DNA of 63,989 nucleotides, the filler included, from Sluysia triapertura (taxonomy: Eukaryota): NCBI GenBank assembly GCA_046118255.1. It is 5 parts of 5 records of this genome, joined end to end, with 100 filler letters (N's around TTAATTAATTAA, not from the genome) between each part and the next. Parts side by side here need not be neighbours in the genome. Positions count along the whole stretch, not along the records: positions 22,117 to 40,724 come from JBJNIA010134176.1; positions 40,825 to 53,022 come from JBJNIA010129960.1; 3 more parts are not named here. One strand, written 5' to 3'. The notes beneath the pieces were generated by a model. It was not told the DNA's origin, ran no database searches, and saw nothing but the letters and a program-made list of their open reading frames with translations. This document shows positions 39,060-51,031 of this stretch, piece by piece. The translations under genes and the position numbers were made by a program. Numbering within the stretch: position 1 is the stretch's first letter; every line of letters begins with the position of its first letter.

Positions 39060-40504
39060 ATAAAGAAATCAGAACCATTCTTAATGCCATAAGAAATGAC
39101 AATATTACAAAGGATATATTTCCTAATTATCATTTTCAAGATAATCTTCTAAAATATAAAATAGATAAAAATTTTGAATTGTAGCCCCACAATCCAGAAA
39201 AACAATTATAATAACGAATTATCATCATGGCGGCGGATAGGAAATCATTTGTCTGTAAATAAAACTATAGAGAGAATTAAAAGTACTATTGAGTTAATAT
39301 GTATCAAGAAATAAGGGATTGGTGTAATAGTTGTAAAATGAGTATTTTTTGAGCGAAATAGTAGAAGAACAAATTGAATACGAAACTAATCAAATAAACG
39401 AACGACAATCAATTGATAACATGAAACAAAACTTCATTTGGCAAGATATAGATCCACCTCCATACCGACTATACCAAGAAATAATCGTAAATAGAAAGGT
39501 AATACAAGGATTGATAAATACATGTTCAGATGTAAGTATTAGAAAATACGAAATCATACCTGATCAAGAAAAGACAAACTTAATAAAAGTACTTGAAAGA
39601 TGTGATGGAGTAGATAAGTCTACCATAATATTTAATCGACAAAAAGTCGAAATAACTATTGAACAAAAAAATTTTAATATAAAAATAGAATATTTAATTA
39701 CCCAGAAGAATTAATAATAGGAATAGATATTCTAGAAAAGTGTCCTGAAATATTAATAATTAAAGGAATAAAACTAAAGAACAAATTATGTACCTCAACT
39801 ATGATATTAGGTGAGAGATCATTTATATTTCAAAAAAGAGGAAGATATAGATATATGTTTTATGGAAGAGATGGATATGTAGAGTTGGAAGATTTATCCC
39901 AAAGATTAGAAAATGCTTTAAAAAATCCAGAACATATAGAAGAAATAGAAATTATTGTTAGTACCATGATGAATTCTAATAATCCTTTATATCGATATCC
40001 ACGTTTGAAACATTTACTAAACAGATCAATAGAAATGTGGCCAACAAAACTAATGAAAAGAATGTATAAATTATTTAATGACATGGGAGAAATAGAAAGG
40101 GATCAATATAGAGGAAAACTTAAGTCTGAATAAAAATTGAAGAAACCAAACAGGTAATTAAAAAGTACTTTAATATTAAAATTACGGTAAGTGCAATATT
40201 AGAACATGTACAATTATATCTTAATACTACTCAAAAAATAGATATGTTTTATAGAGATAGAGTATTGGATAGATATTATGGAATATATTTAGTTGATTAT
40301 GGATACCCAATAAACTATATAGATGACGACGACGAAATCCTAATTACAAGTGTAAACGATGAAAATAGTAATCCAATAGCGAATATTATATATAATGGCA
40401 ATGAAGAGAGAGAAGTAGAACTCTCAAATCACAATTATTTTTGTGAAATATTTAGAGAATTGGAAATAAGGAAACAACGAAGGGAAAGATTAATGCAGGG
40501 GTAA
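39060..40504 (+). mobile_element. Gypsy-related fragment: integrase zinc-binding domain, then aspartic protease, then an unknown domain
   Basis: YHHGG..GNHLSVNKTIERIK..NMYQEIRDWCNSCK (39219-39340). Then IIVNRKVIQGLINTCSDVSI...LIIGIDILEK (decayed DTG protease). Then ORFs 39801-40133 and 40244-40504 with no RT motifs. Confidence 0.75.
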
Positions 40505-40724
40505 TTTTACATTTTGTTTTGATTTATCTTGATTTAAGTCAATTTTTATATTTATATATTTTTAGTGAAGCGTATGAATACGTGATGAGGCATATTCAGA
40601 AATTGTATAAACAATGTAGAAAAAAATTTAATTTTTACCTAGATGTTATAAAAATAGTTTTATTTTTTATTTTAAATTTCATTTAGATTTTGAGAAAATT
40701 AAATTAAAATTAGCAATAAAGTTT

Positions 40725-40824
40725 NNNNNNNNNNNNNNNNNNNNNNNNNNNNNNNNNNNNNNNNNNNNTTAATTAATTAANNNNNNNNNNNNNNNNNNNN
40801 NNNNNNNNNNNNNNNNNNNNNNNN
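40725..40824. other. Artificial contig linker
   Basis: N44-TTAATTAATTAA-N44. Confidence 0.98.
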
Positions 40825-40889
40825 TAATGCATGTTTATGTTGTGTATATTAAAAGTAAAGGTAGGCAGAACACTACACCTAGGTTTAAA

Positions 40890-41330
40890 TGCAATTACAT
40901 TGCATCTTACATTGATGCATCCCAAATATGTAATGTATGTTTTCATGCGGGTAAGAATAACTACCAGACTAAATTGATTATAATGTAATCTCCCCAGATC
41001 AGTTGAAATGAAGTTAATCCTAATGATGGGACTAGCTTATGGTGACATCAACGTCGATAGCACAATATCAAGAGTATTCCCATAACAACTAAATGCTCCT
41101 TAGTGTTTGATAGTCATTTAGCCTTCACCCAAAACGTGTCCTGATAATACCTCATGCGACGGTTGAATTCGACTCATTTCATGAGTCAGATTGATTACAA
41201 TGGCATTCTTCACTTATTTAGTAGTAGTTAAGTGCATCACAACGAATTTTAGCGATGCTCAAGTCTTTATGAACAAAATTTCCCTCCCTAAATATGGACG
41301 TCATTGGATTCTGATCATTTTAATGGGGAT
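40890..41330 (-). mobile_element. Highly decayed Tc1-like transposase remnant
   Basis: Minus-strand TIKHxGAFSCYG and LHIWDA, in Tc1 order. Confidence 0.4.
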
Positions 41331-42363
41331 TTTGATTCCTACACATTATTGATCCATATCGTGTACACCTATTATTAAAGACAAGATTCTTTCTAACTTA
41401 GAAATATTAATTGATCTTGTATTAAGCGTAATGAGTACATACGGAAAATATATTTGTTATTATGTGTATTGAAAGGTATAGGAGATGTGTAAGAAAAGTC
41501 AAAGTTTATATTCGAAATAGTTTAAATTTTGTGATTTGGAGTTCTTGGATGTGTATCTATATAATAAAATTATAAAAATCATTTGTTATTAAGATATCGT
41601 GATAATTTAAATGACTGAAAAATTCTTGTCCTACTTGAAGAACTAAAACTAACTTAGATATGAGTTAAAAGTTTTTCATATAGCTTTTTGACAAAGTTTT
41701 TAACTGAAGTAAAAATATAATCGATCGTTGAAAAGTTTTATCAGAGTACATTCTTTCTCACATCACATTATTTTAACATCGAAGAATTCGCAATAACTAT
41801 CAATTATATGAGGTTCATTTATTTTAATTGATACTCAATACAATAATTAAGATGTTTTTCGTGAATTATTTTAAATTAGACAAAAGAAATATTAAAAGAA
41901 ATAATTGTTAATAAAGAACAAGATAATTTTTTGATTTATCCGAAAAAGTAAACTTAATATCCGTGGAAATTGAATTTTAAAATAGAAATGAAATTTTAAT
42001 CATAAGAAACTATTAAATTTGAAACCATTTTGAATATTAAAAGTTCTTTAGTAATTTTAACCAATTTATTACAATAGATCATTACATAACACAATTCTTA
42101 CTTAAATTAACAAAATTTGAACTTAGAAAATATTTGAATTTTCATAGTTTGTTTTAAAATTAATGATTAATATTAATTATTGAGGTATTACACAATTAAA
42201 CTAAGAGGTTGCTTATTATAGCATCGATTATCATTCATATTTCAGGTTTAAGACACGGATTACAAACCAAACAAAAAAATCTAAGTATTATAAAAATGCA
42301 ATGGTTTTATTTTTCAAAAATATGTTTTAGATACTTTTTTTGAAAATAAAATAAAAATCTAAC

Positions 42364-43174
42364 CTCATAATCATAAGAAGCTGCATATGATCTGTTATCT
42401 GGTCGAAGGCTAGAATACTTTTTAGAATCTGAATTTTTTCCTCTCATCGAACCATTATAATCATCTTTGAAAGATGAATATTGTTCTAAAAATTAAATAA
42501 AAAATAGTTGTATTTTTACTTATTTTTGAATCAACCGTTTGCTTGGAATTATTAGCAGAATCACTTTTCACTTTCAAATCTGATTCTTTTTTCATACCTT
42601 TATTACTTAATACTGCTTTTTGATTTCTTCTATCATCTTTCTGATTTAATTCTTTTAAATTCGAAATATAGGTAAGTAGCGATGTTTTCTGCTGAGTGGT
42701 ATTTAACCTGTCAGTTTCTTTAGTTTTAATTTCTTCTAGATTAGTTTCAACAGAATCTTTATTACATGACACAGAAGAATCATTTTCTAATTCTCTAAAT
42801 ATTATTATGCAAATTGTTTAAATAACAAACTTAAGGAACTTTTTGTAATCAGAATCAGTATCTAAAGTATTAACTCGAGGATCTTCTTTCACCTGTAAAG
42901 GAATTTTTTGACACACCGCAAATTCAATCAAGCCATATCCAGAATTTCCTGCAGAATCTTGAAAAACTACTCGTTCAATATCTTTTTTAAATGAATAAAC
43001 ATCATCTTCATTCATAAAATCAATATAAGCGCGACAAGAACCATGTTCATTTTTATTTTTTTCACAAAATCGAAAATAATTAAATTTAGAATAAGGCTTA
43101 ATTTGTTCCAAAAATTCGTTTTCTTTTAAGCACACAGGCATTTGACGAATAATTAATTTTGTATGAGTTTTCAT
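42364..43174 (-). CDS. UPF3: Regulator of nonsense transcripts 3. Exons 43174-42831, 42794-42520, 42485-42364; possible short last exon near 42280-42260
   Basis: KLIIRQMP..FNYFRF..CRAYIDF..VFQDSAG..LIEFAVCQKIP..DPRVNTLDTDSDYKKFL is the Smg4/UPF3 RRM. GT-AG introns of 36 and 34 nt restore the frame. Confidence 0.9.
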
Positions 43175-43434
43175 AATAAATAATATAAATATAACACAAC
43201 AATGTAAACTACAACCAAAAAAGTTAATCTATGATTTAAAAAATATTTTGAGCCATTATTTAAAGACGTAATATAAAAAATTAAAGTTATATTAAATTTT
43301 TGTATTTACGAAAACTAAAAATAAATTATGAATTAATTTAAACAATATCGTTTTATTTATTGTTGCAGAATTTTATATGATATATTTTTATTAATGAAAT
43401 CTTAATTTTGTTGGATTTGCACAGTTATATCTAA

Positions 43435-43704
43435 AAATATAAATTAAAAACTTTCAAAAAATTCTTCTATACAAGCAGCAAACTTTTCTATACAAATTCA
43501 CATACCTACGATAATGAAGACAAATACTACAAGGATGCAATGTGTTTATACGGAACCACACAGACTGGCGAATGTTTCCGATATGGAAGAAATTGCAAAT
43601 ACTACCATGGAATTTATGAATTTAGGTACGTTTTGAATCCACCAGTCAACTTTAATGATCACTACGGCCGAATCAATTCCATTATATCCAATCTAATATT
43701 TTAA
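43435..43704 (+). CDS. TIS11/ZFP36-like CCCH zinc finger (exon or small gene; start unresolved)
   Basis: YKDAMCLYGTTQTGECFRYGRNCKYYHGIYEFR parallels [31 protein letters not shown]. Not in the ORF track. Confidence 0.6.
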   Translation, partial: KYKLKTFKKFFYTSSKLFYTNSHTYDNEDKYYKDAMCLYGTTQTGECFRYGRNCKYYHGIYEFRYVLNPPVNFNDHYGRINSIISNLIF

Positions 43705-44569
43705 TATTTTTAATACTTAATCAACATTCAAATATATGATGATAAGTTTATTAAATATTAATGAAAATGAATTATCCAATTTCAGAAATCCATGTTTTCT
43801 AGATCATGGATATTTTTCGAACCCAAAATGTCATTATGAAAAAGGAAAACAAATTAAATAAAATACGAGTTCGTTAATAATTTCCTCTTTCCTCATAAAA
43901 CATTTTTCAATCAGATTTGAACTTCAAAAATACATTACTACATTTTGTAGCTCATTCGTGGTCTGAACATAGTTTCCCTTATTATAGTTAATCCGACGTT
44001 GACGCAGATAACATAAAAATTAGTTATTTTAGTTAATTTTCATAATCTAAAATTAAATTTTTATATGCTGAAATATTTAAGTATAATAAAAGCATTTATT
44101 AAATAGATGCGCATAAAAATACCAACTTGACGTGAAACATACGGTTGACGCATGACTTATTATAGATTTCTATAGAAAAGAAATTTGGTATTTGATTAGT
44201 TTTATGTTTACTTCAAGTTGATAAATTATGTTAATAACAAAATATTAACGTCTTAACGATGTTACATTTTGATTGAGTTATGTTGAAAAGATAATGGCAC
44301 TGTTCAGCACAAATCTCATTATAATTATAATTAAATTTTCAGTATCATGCAGTGAAGCAACAATTAACGATCATACATTATATACCTTGTAATCGTTGCT
44401 CCCTCACAGTACAACATTTGCCTTAGTACTTTTTAGCTCATTATATGTAAGAAGAGAAAAACATATAAAGAAAAGATTATGTAAAAGATTTGTAAAGATT
44501 TATGAGTTTTCTTTTTTTTAAAATGTTGTAATAATAATAACAATAACTTCATCAATTCTACTATTACTA

Positions 44570-44572
44570 GTA

Positions 44573-44627
<55 letters not shown>
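44570..44627. repeat. (ATT)n microsatellite
   Basis: Direct reading. Confidence 0.95.
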
Positions 44628-44628
<1 letters not shown>

Positions 44629-44740
44629 TTTATCATTATCACTGTTGTTATCATTATTATTAGTACTATAATCAACACCGGCAGCTAAAAAATAAAATAT
44701 ATAAAATTAAATTAAAATTACCATAAATGTGATGACAAAT

Positions 44741-44928
44741 CTGGTTGCTGCCATCACCAGCGTTGACAGTCCATGTCATTATTACATTGGACTGTCAGCC
44801 CTGATGATGGTCGGCCGCCAGCTGTTGTTTTCGTTCGGCTTGTATATTGCCTAATATCGCCCAATCAGATTACACTACATCATAAATACTAAATAATTGA
44901 TTTTCCACACTCTGATTGGGTGAGATTA
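44741..44928. repeat. Two adjacent GC-rich inverted repeats
   Basis: 44741-44821 forms a long imperfect hairpin (tgacagtcca/tggactgtca core). 44852-69 and 44911-28 are 16/18 inverted arms containing CCAATCAG. Confidence 0.85.
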
Positions 44929-44950
44929 AAATAGATACAAATAATTAAAA

Positions 44951-46200
44951 ATGATATGTCTAGACACAAATAAAAATTTTCCAGACAGTAAAATGTTGCA
45001 AACTGAAAGTCAGAAAGATATTTTAACTGAATTTAATGTTATTAAGATTAGCATTGCTGCAAATTTACGCAAACTAACGATCAAAATTAATTTTATTCAA
45101 AAATTATACAATTTGGACAAATGTGGAGCATTGACCTATTTAGATATTTTTCACAATCTGTTCACTGACTTAAAAAGTTTAAAAACATCACCAATTTTGT
45201 TCAACGTGCAGATTTTTGAAACGGAGAAAGACGAACTACGATCTATCTATGATATTCAAACAATTAGAGATGTAGATCAAATTATAGACTTATATGTTTA
45301 TCGACGTATCAAAGAATTAGGTCTACCACATAATAAGCTTACTTATTTGACTACAAATGTATCAGTAATGTTAAATTTGAAACATTTAGGAAAACAATGT
45401 TTACAGCATAGTTCAATTTATATGTATCAGGAATTATCTCAGTCCAAATTACCATTTTGTTTAGTTATTGATAATTATTCGTTTTTACAAAATACAACAC
45501 GGTCATCATTAAATGATTTGGAAATTATGATGTTCATCGACAGAAAAGTGATGTTACGAAAGATGAAAACTCTAAAATGAAAGATGTGAATAAAAATGTA
45601 AATTATGATACAACGGAACATCCTGGGTTGACAATTCAGCTGAAAATATTTCTATATATGATTGCACTTAATTCTGAAGCAAATGATAAATTTGGGCAAT
45701 TATCCAGTAATGAGAAGTATTATCCATTAATTCATAATGTTAGCAAAAGTCTGAAAAACATGTTTAATAAACTTTGCCTTTTAATTTTAATCAAAGAGGA
45801 TATTGGGAGAGACAAGGGCAATATAAAGTATACCATGGTATATCATTCATACAATCCCAGATCGTCAAGTAACAGTGTGATAGATCCAGTTAAAAGTTTT
45901 AAGGAGGTTAATATCAATTCGAGTTCCACAGTTAATATCGATAGTCCAGAGAGGTTGGATCATGGAGTTTATTTAGTAGAGTCAGGCATGAATTCCCAAG
46001 GGACAATTATTAATCAAATGGTGTTTTATAAATGGTATAATTAAATGTGTTTCAGGATGATAAAGTATTTCATAATGCTGAGATTTTCTGCAAGGTTCTG
46101 GAGTTAAATAATTTAGATTTAACCCAAAGTAAAGAGCAACCACTGAGGATGTTAAATGATAGTTGTATGTCATCTAGTATATATTTATCTAGTTATTATG
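44951..46200 (+). pseudogene. Intronless ORF chain, probably one frameshifted gene; possible negative-strand RNA virus (bunyavirus-like) L fragment
   Basis: Three abutting same-strand ORFs (209, 155 and 174 aa). Tentative PD..EFNV..QKLY endonuclease-like motif and PA-C-like pattern. Confidence 0.3.
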
Positions 46201-48082
46201 TTAGTTATGAATTTATTCATTTATCTAATTATTCTTTAGTTAGGTCAATTACAGATTGGACAGTGAAACGTTGGTCGGCCAGATCGAAAAGCCTTTATAA
46301 ACTTTTTAATTTGAATAATATTTTGTTACATGTAATAAATTTTCACAATTGTTGTTTAATTGAATTTTATATTAACATCGGATTTTTAGTAAATAAAACT
46401 AACTTTAAGATTAATATTGAAACCATAAGTAACAGATACATAAAAATCATTAGGTTGAAAGATCCAGTAAATATGAATTATTATAATAACAGTCACCTTT
46501 ATTATTATAAATTAAATAAAAATTTAATAATAATTTCAAATAGTATTTTAAATCAAAAAACAACATATTAATTGTTAAAACATCAAGATTTAAGCCTTAT
46601 AACTACAAAGTCGATTCTTCGTGCATACTTTCACTCTTTAAATTACTGTTTGATACTTATTACTTTATTGAAACTAATATTACGCCCTCAACTTTGACGC
46701 ACATCTTAAACACAGACTATGTTCTAATCTACTATCTGTAAAGACTAAGTATATATCATCCTGCACAAAACCAACTAATAATAAATTAGATCATAAAACA
46801 CTATCATTCTTAAATGTGTGGCAGAATTTATCCAAACTAAAATCACATCAAACAAAATTTTACTAAAAATGGTGTCCGAAGTTATTCTCCATAAAAGGTT
46901 TTCAACAATTTTACCAAAAATACTTGTAACAATAATACTTAAGCATTAATATTCAATTCTAAGAAACAAAGAGCTGCGTTCGCCTTAGTTAATATATAAG
47001 AAATTACAGTGTAAATAATGTTAAATAATTCAATCTAAAACATTTCAGACTAAAAAATATTGTTAAACGTCTACCTCAGAGTAGCTTCGTAGCAAATGAC
47101 TTAAATTAGAAGTATTATTAAAACATTTATATGGGTACTCATCAAAGGGTGTAAGACGCTCACTAAATACTAGGTGTAATAAAAATATTTAATTACTTCA
47201 AACAAATTATTTTCAGATAAATAAACGATAAATCATGTAATTATTATATCTAGCAAACATATTTCTACAACGTAATTTATCATAAAGTTTTCTAATAAAT
47301 TATTCTCTGATACAAGGATAATTATTAATCATCTTATTATTATACCTACTTATTGATACTCTTCATTTTCATCTTGATCTTCTTTATCCGTACTGATAAT
47401 TTGAGAATATTTCTTTTTTTTAAATATTACATTAAAAATTAAAATAAACATATATATACTACTTATTTTGTCAACCAAATTTATTCAGTTGTAATTCTTT
47501 ATTCACAAATTTGTTTATATTTTCCATGTGACATAATAATCATCTAGATTTTAACAAAAATAAATTATGCACAAAAATATTTTTTACAGTACTTTCATAA
47601 GACAAATTTTTCATACTTGATTTATTTTTACATTCTGCTTACTGAATCCGTTTAATTTAAATTATATTTAAATTATATTTGTAATTTAATGGATTTTAGT
47701 AATTTGAATTTCTAATTTATTTCACTACTTATTTAGAATTTTAATTTCGGCAAATAAGATAAGCGTTTATATATTATATTCAAAGTTGATATTTAATAAT
47801 GTTTATTAAACATATTCCCCATTTCGTCGGTAATCATAAAGAACGGTTTGAATAAAATTTAAAAATAAAACATATTGTATTATTTTTACTTTTTCAAATT
47901 AGCTTTTTATTAATAAAAGTATTTTCAAAATATTTTATTACTAATTGTATATTTGCAATTGTGTATTTTTAATATTACACCAAACATATTTAATAAAAAT
48001 TAGGGTATTAAATTATGCAACAAATAAAACTTGCCTTTTGTTTATAATTGTAAGGTATTTGTTTTTTGAAATATTTTCTTAA

Positions 48083-48793
48083 ATGGAAGTTTTAAATAAA
48101 TTCACCAGAAAAGAATGCTATATATGTATGTTAAACTTTGATGACATTATCGTTGAAAACCTACGAATTGTCATAGGTAATTGTGGTCATAGAATTTGCG
48201 AAAATTGTTTTGATAAATGGTATAATGGCGACTATTTCCGTTACAATTGTCCACTTTGTCGTGGCATAACATTGAAAGTATACTTAGCAGAAAATAATAC
48301 TAATACTATCGATCTGCGTGATTGTATGGAATTGGAAGTAATGAATGAGAATTTTTATGATTTTGTTTATAATAAACATCGTTTTATAGTTAGTTTGTTC
48401 AAATTTCGCTCTGATTTAAAGTTTGCAATTAGTCGATTTAACTGTAACTGTTATTACGTGTCTTATTTAACACAAAATAATAATAAAGTAGCTTTTAAAC
48501 AATTTAAAGAGATCATGAAGAGTTATTTTTTTAATTATTCTGCTATTGAAAGTAATTTAGAAAGTTGTTTTAATATTATAAAACGTAGCTTAATTTACGT
48601 ATGTAATAATGAAATTAAAAAAATCGATGATGAATTTTTGAAATGGAAATTGTTTGCTTTTAAGGCTATAATACATAAGTTGCTTTATGCATTTCGAAAA
48701 ACAAAAGAACATTGTATTCAAGAAACAGGTTTAACGGAATATCTATTAAATCCAACGCTTTGTATCAAACAATGTAGAAATCTTACATTATAA
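48083..48793 (+). CDS. Intronless RING-HC (C3HC4) protein, putative E3 ligase
   Basis: CYIC-x18-CGHRICENC-x13-CPLCR in an intact 236-aa ORF. Confidence 0.85.
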   Translation: MEVLNKFTRKECYICMLNFDDIIVENLRIVIGNCGHRICENCFDKWYNGDYFRYNCPLCRGITLKVYLAENNTNTIDLRDCMELEVMNENFYDFVYNKHRFIVSLFKFRSDLKFAISRFNCNCYYVSYLTQNNNKVAFKQFKEIMKSYFFNYSAIESNLESCFNIIKRSLIYVCNNEIKKIDDEFLKWKLFAFKAIIHKLLYAFRKTKEHCIQETGLTEYLLNPTLCIKQCRNLTL

Positions 48794-48954
48794 TATACAT
48801 TTAAATTGTTTTATTTAAAATTAAAATTATTTCATGTAATACGCAAAATCGGCAAATGAGTATCATGTTAATTTGATAAATTACTAGCAAGGAAAAATTA
48901 TTTTTGTAACAATTTTAGTTTTTAGCCAACTTTTTAAGATTAAAATTTATTTAA

Positions 48955-49187
48955 CCCTTTGACTACTAATGGGACGATGGGTCCCACAGAAACTATGTTC
49001 TACATCAGTGGGTTAAAAGTAGCTTTAAACAGCCTAACAGATCGTCCCAATGGTTGTGTAGTGTTTGTTGAATGACGTGAAATCAGCTGGTCGGTTACAT
49101 TTTTTCAATCATGCCATGGCCATACGTTATTAGCCAATTAAGTTAATATTATAAAATGGGACCAAAAAAGGTTTGGTAGTGAAAGGG
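48955..49187. mobile_element. piggyBac MITE (233 bp)
   Basis: TTAA TSDs (48951-54, 49188-91). TIRs CCCTTTGACTAC/GTAGTGAAAGGG (11/12). Subterminal tgggac/gtccca motifs. Confidence 0.88.
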
Positions 49188-49599
49188 TTAATGGAAAATA
49201 CAAAGTTGATGTTAATTTTCAAAAAAAGAAATCGAAAATTCTAGAATTTGATTGGCTAATGATTAGTGTGTATATTAGCATCAGTTTAGTTTAAATCACA
49301 ATTTAATAACATAATCAAAATCTTTGATTTTATCTTGCTATTTTAAATTACTTCAACAGTTTGACTCGAGAATTTGTTCATTCTCATTTTCAGAATTGAA
49401 TGCAATTTTGTTTAAGTACTTAATTGCATCAAATGTCCAATATCCATTGAAGCAGTTATTTACTAAATTTAAAAAAATGACAATTTTGTTACATCAAAAC
49501 ACCAACTATATAATTTAAAATAATGTTCGATTCAGTTTTAACATCATTATCAATAGTTGCAGTAGTCACTAAATCGCTAATTAAACAGGAATATTCATC

Positions 49600-49900
49600 A
49601 CCACAAATAAAATTAGCTAAATTTACGTTCAGAAACATAAGCATTTTTAGAACATGTCACTATATAAACCGATGATTTGTTCTGAGTTGTATTATGTACT
49701 TAGCAATAATTTGTTGACCATCAATTTTTTATAGAAATTAGGTTAATAGTGCAAACACCTGTTTGCCGAAGTTGCAACAAGTTGATGCATTTGGTAAAGG
49801 ATAACGGAAACTTAAATGAATACATATATGAAAGTAGATTGAGGTCAAGTAACAATCACATAAGCTGGCGAACATTTTATTTTATTGACTAATCTAAAGT
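49600..49900 (-). pseudogene. Gypsy RT remnant
   Basis: Minus-strand RYPLPN..GKQVFALL. Confidence 0.35.
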
Positions 49901-50841
49901 ACACATATACCTATATCATTAATTGGATTAGTCATTGAGTCAACTGTACGCTTTTTTAATTTTTATGCCAATTTTTGCTTATAAATTCTTTTACTTTATC
50001 AAAAACAGCTTTTAACTTAATATCATTTTATAATGATCCATAACAAAATTCAAACATCGCTTAATAATAAAACTTCTGTGATACATGATTTAAAGTATTC
50101 TTAGCTTCACTAATTAATTGCGATAGTGTTTGAAGTTTTACTATTAAAAGAAGTTGAATATTTTCTTTGATTAAAAATTCAAATAAGTATTTATTAATCA
50201 TTTAGCTGGGTTATAAAGAAATTAAGTTGGTTTATTATAAAGAATCTATTTTTAGAATCTTTTCGGTATCTATTTTGATTAAAACAATGATAAAAATATT
50301 TTGAAATAATTGAAATTAATAATAAAATGTAAAATTTATTTTTAAAATAATAATAATAATAATGTAAAAATTTTGTTAATGTTAAAAATGTATTTGTTAA
50401 TAATATGTATAATCTGTCAGATTTCTCTTTAGTTGTATATGTGCCTATTGAGTATCAATAACTATGCACCAATATTAATTCAGTTATACTGTTTAAAAGT
50501 TTTACTTGATATATTTATCTGTGACGTTGTGAGTATTACAATCGTCTCAGTTGTTCAAGTTATTCTTTAGAATTTTATTTAAGTTCTTGTCGTTGGGTAA
50601 CTTTGTTCTAATCAAATTCATGTAATTAAACTTTATCTTTCAGAATTTATCTTAATTTTCAACAATTTTATTTTAATGTAAAAAGTTTGTTTTGTTGTAC
50701 ACCATCTTTTCTTTAACAAATAAACTTATTAACTTTATTCTATTTTTAAAGCCTAAAGGACTCTATTTTCATCTCTTTTGGTGATTATCTAACTTTATCT
50801 ATCAGTTTAATAAAATACAATTTAAATAAAATATAATCAAA

Positions 50842-51031
50842 TAATGTTATCACAATCGTTGATTGACTGTCAGAAAATTCTTTGTATCAAATCCTTAGTT
50901 AATAATGTTATCAAAGTCGTCGATCATTTAGGAGACAAATCCTAAATTAAAAATGTTATTAAAATCGCTATACATTTAGCAGCAAATAATCTGTACTTTC
51001 ACTTAATGTTATCACAATCGTCTATCAATTA
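50842..51031. repeat. Four degenerate units, consensus taatgttatcacaatcgtc.atca.tta, 48-61 bp period
   Basis: Copies at 50842, 50903, 50951 and 51004. Confidence 0.7.

Noticed and set aside
44801-44821. Hammerhead core CTGATGA
   Set aside because: No GAAA after the stem; it is part of the long hairpin.
45577-45580. ATGA overlap suggesting a bacterial operon or contaminant
   Set aside because: No Shine-Dalgarno-like site, and the contig carries spliced UPF3. Frame 2 is already open from 45517, which favours a frameshift.
50842-51031. CRISPR-like array
   Set aside because: Repeats are degenerate, intervals resemble each other, no cas genes, eukaryotic context.
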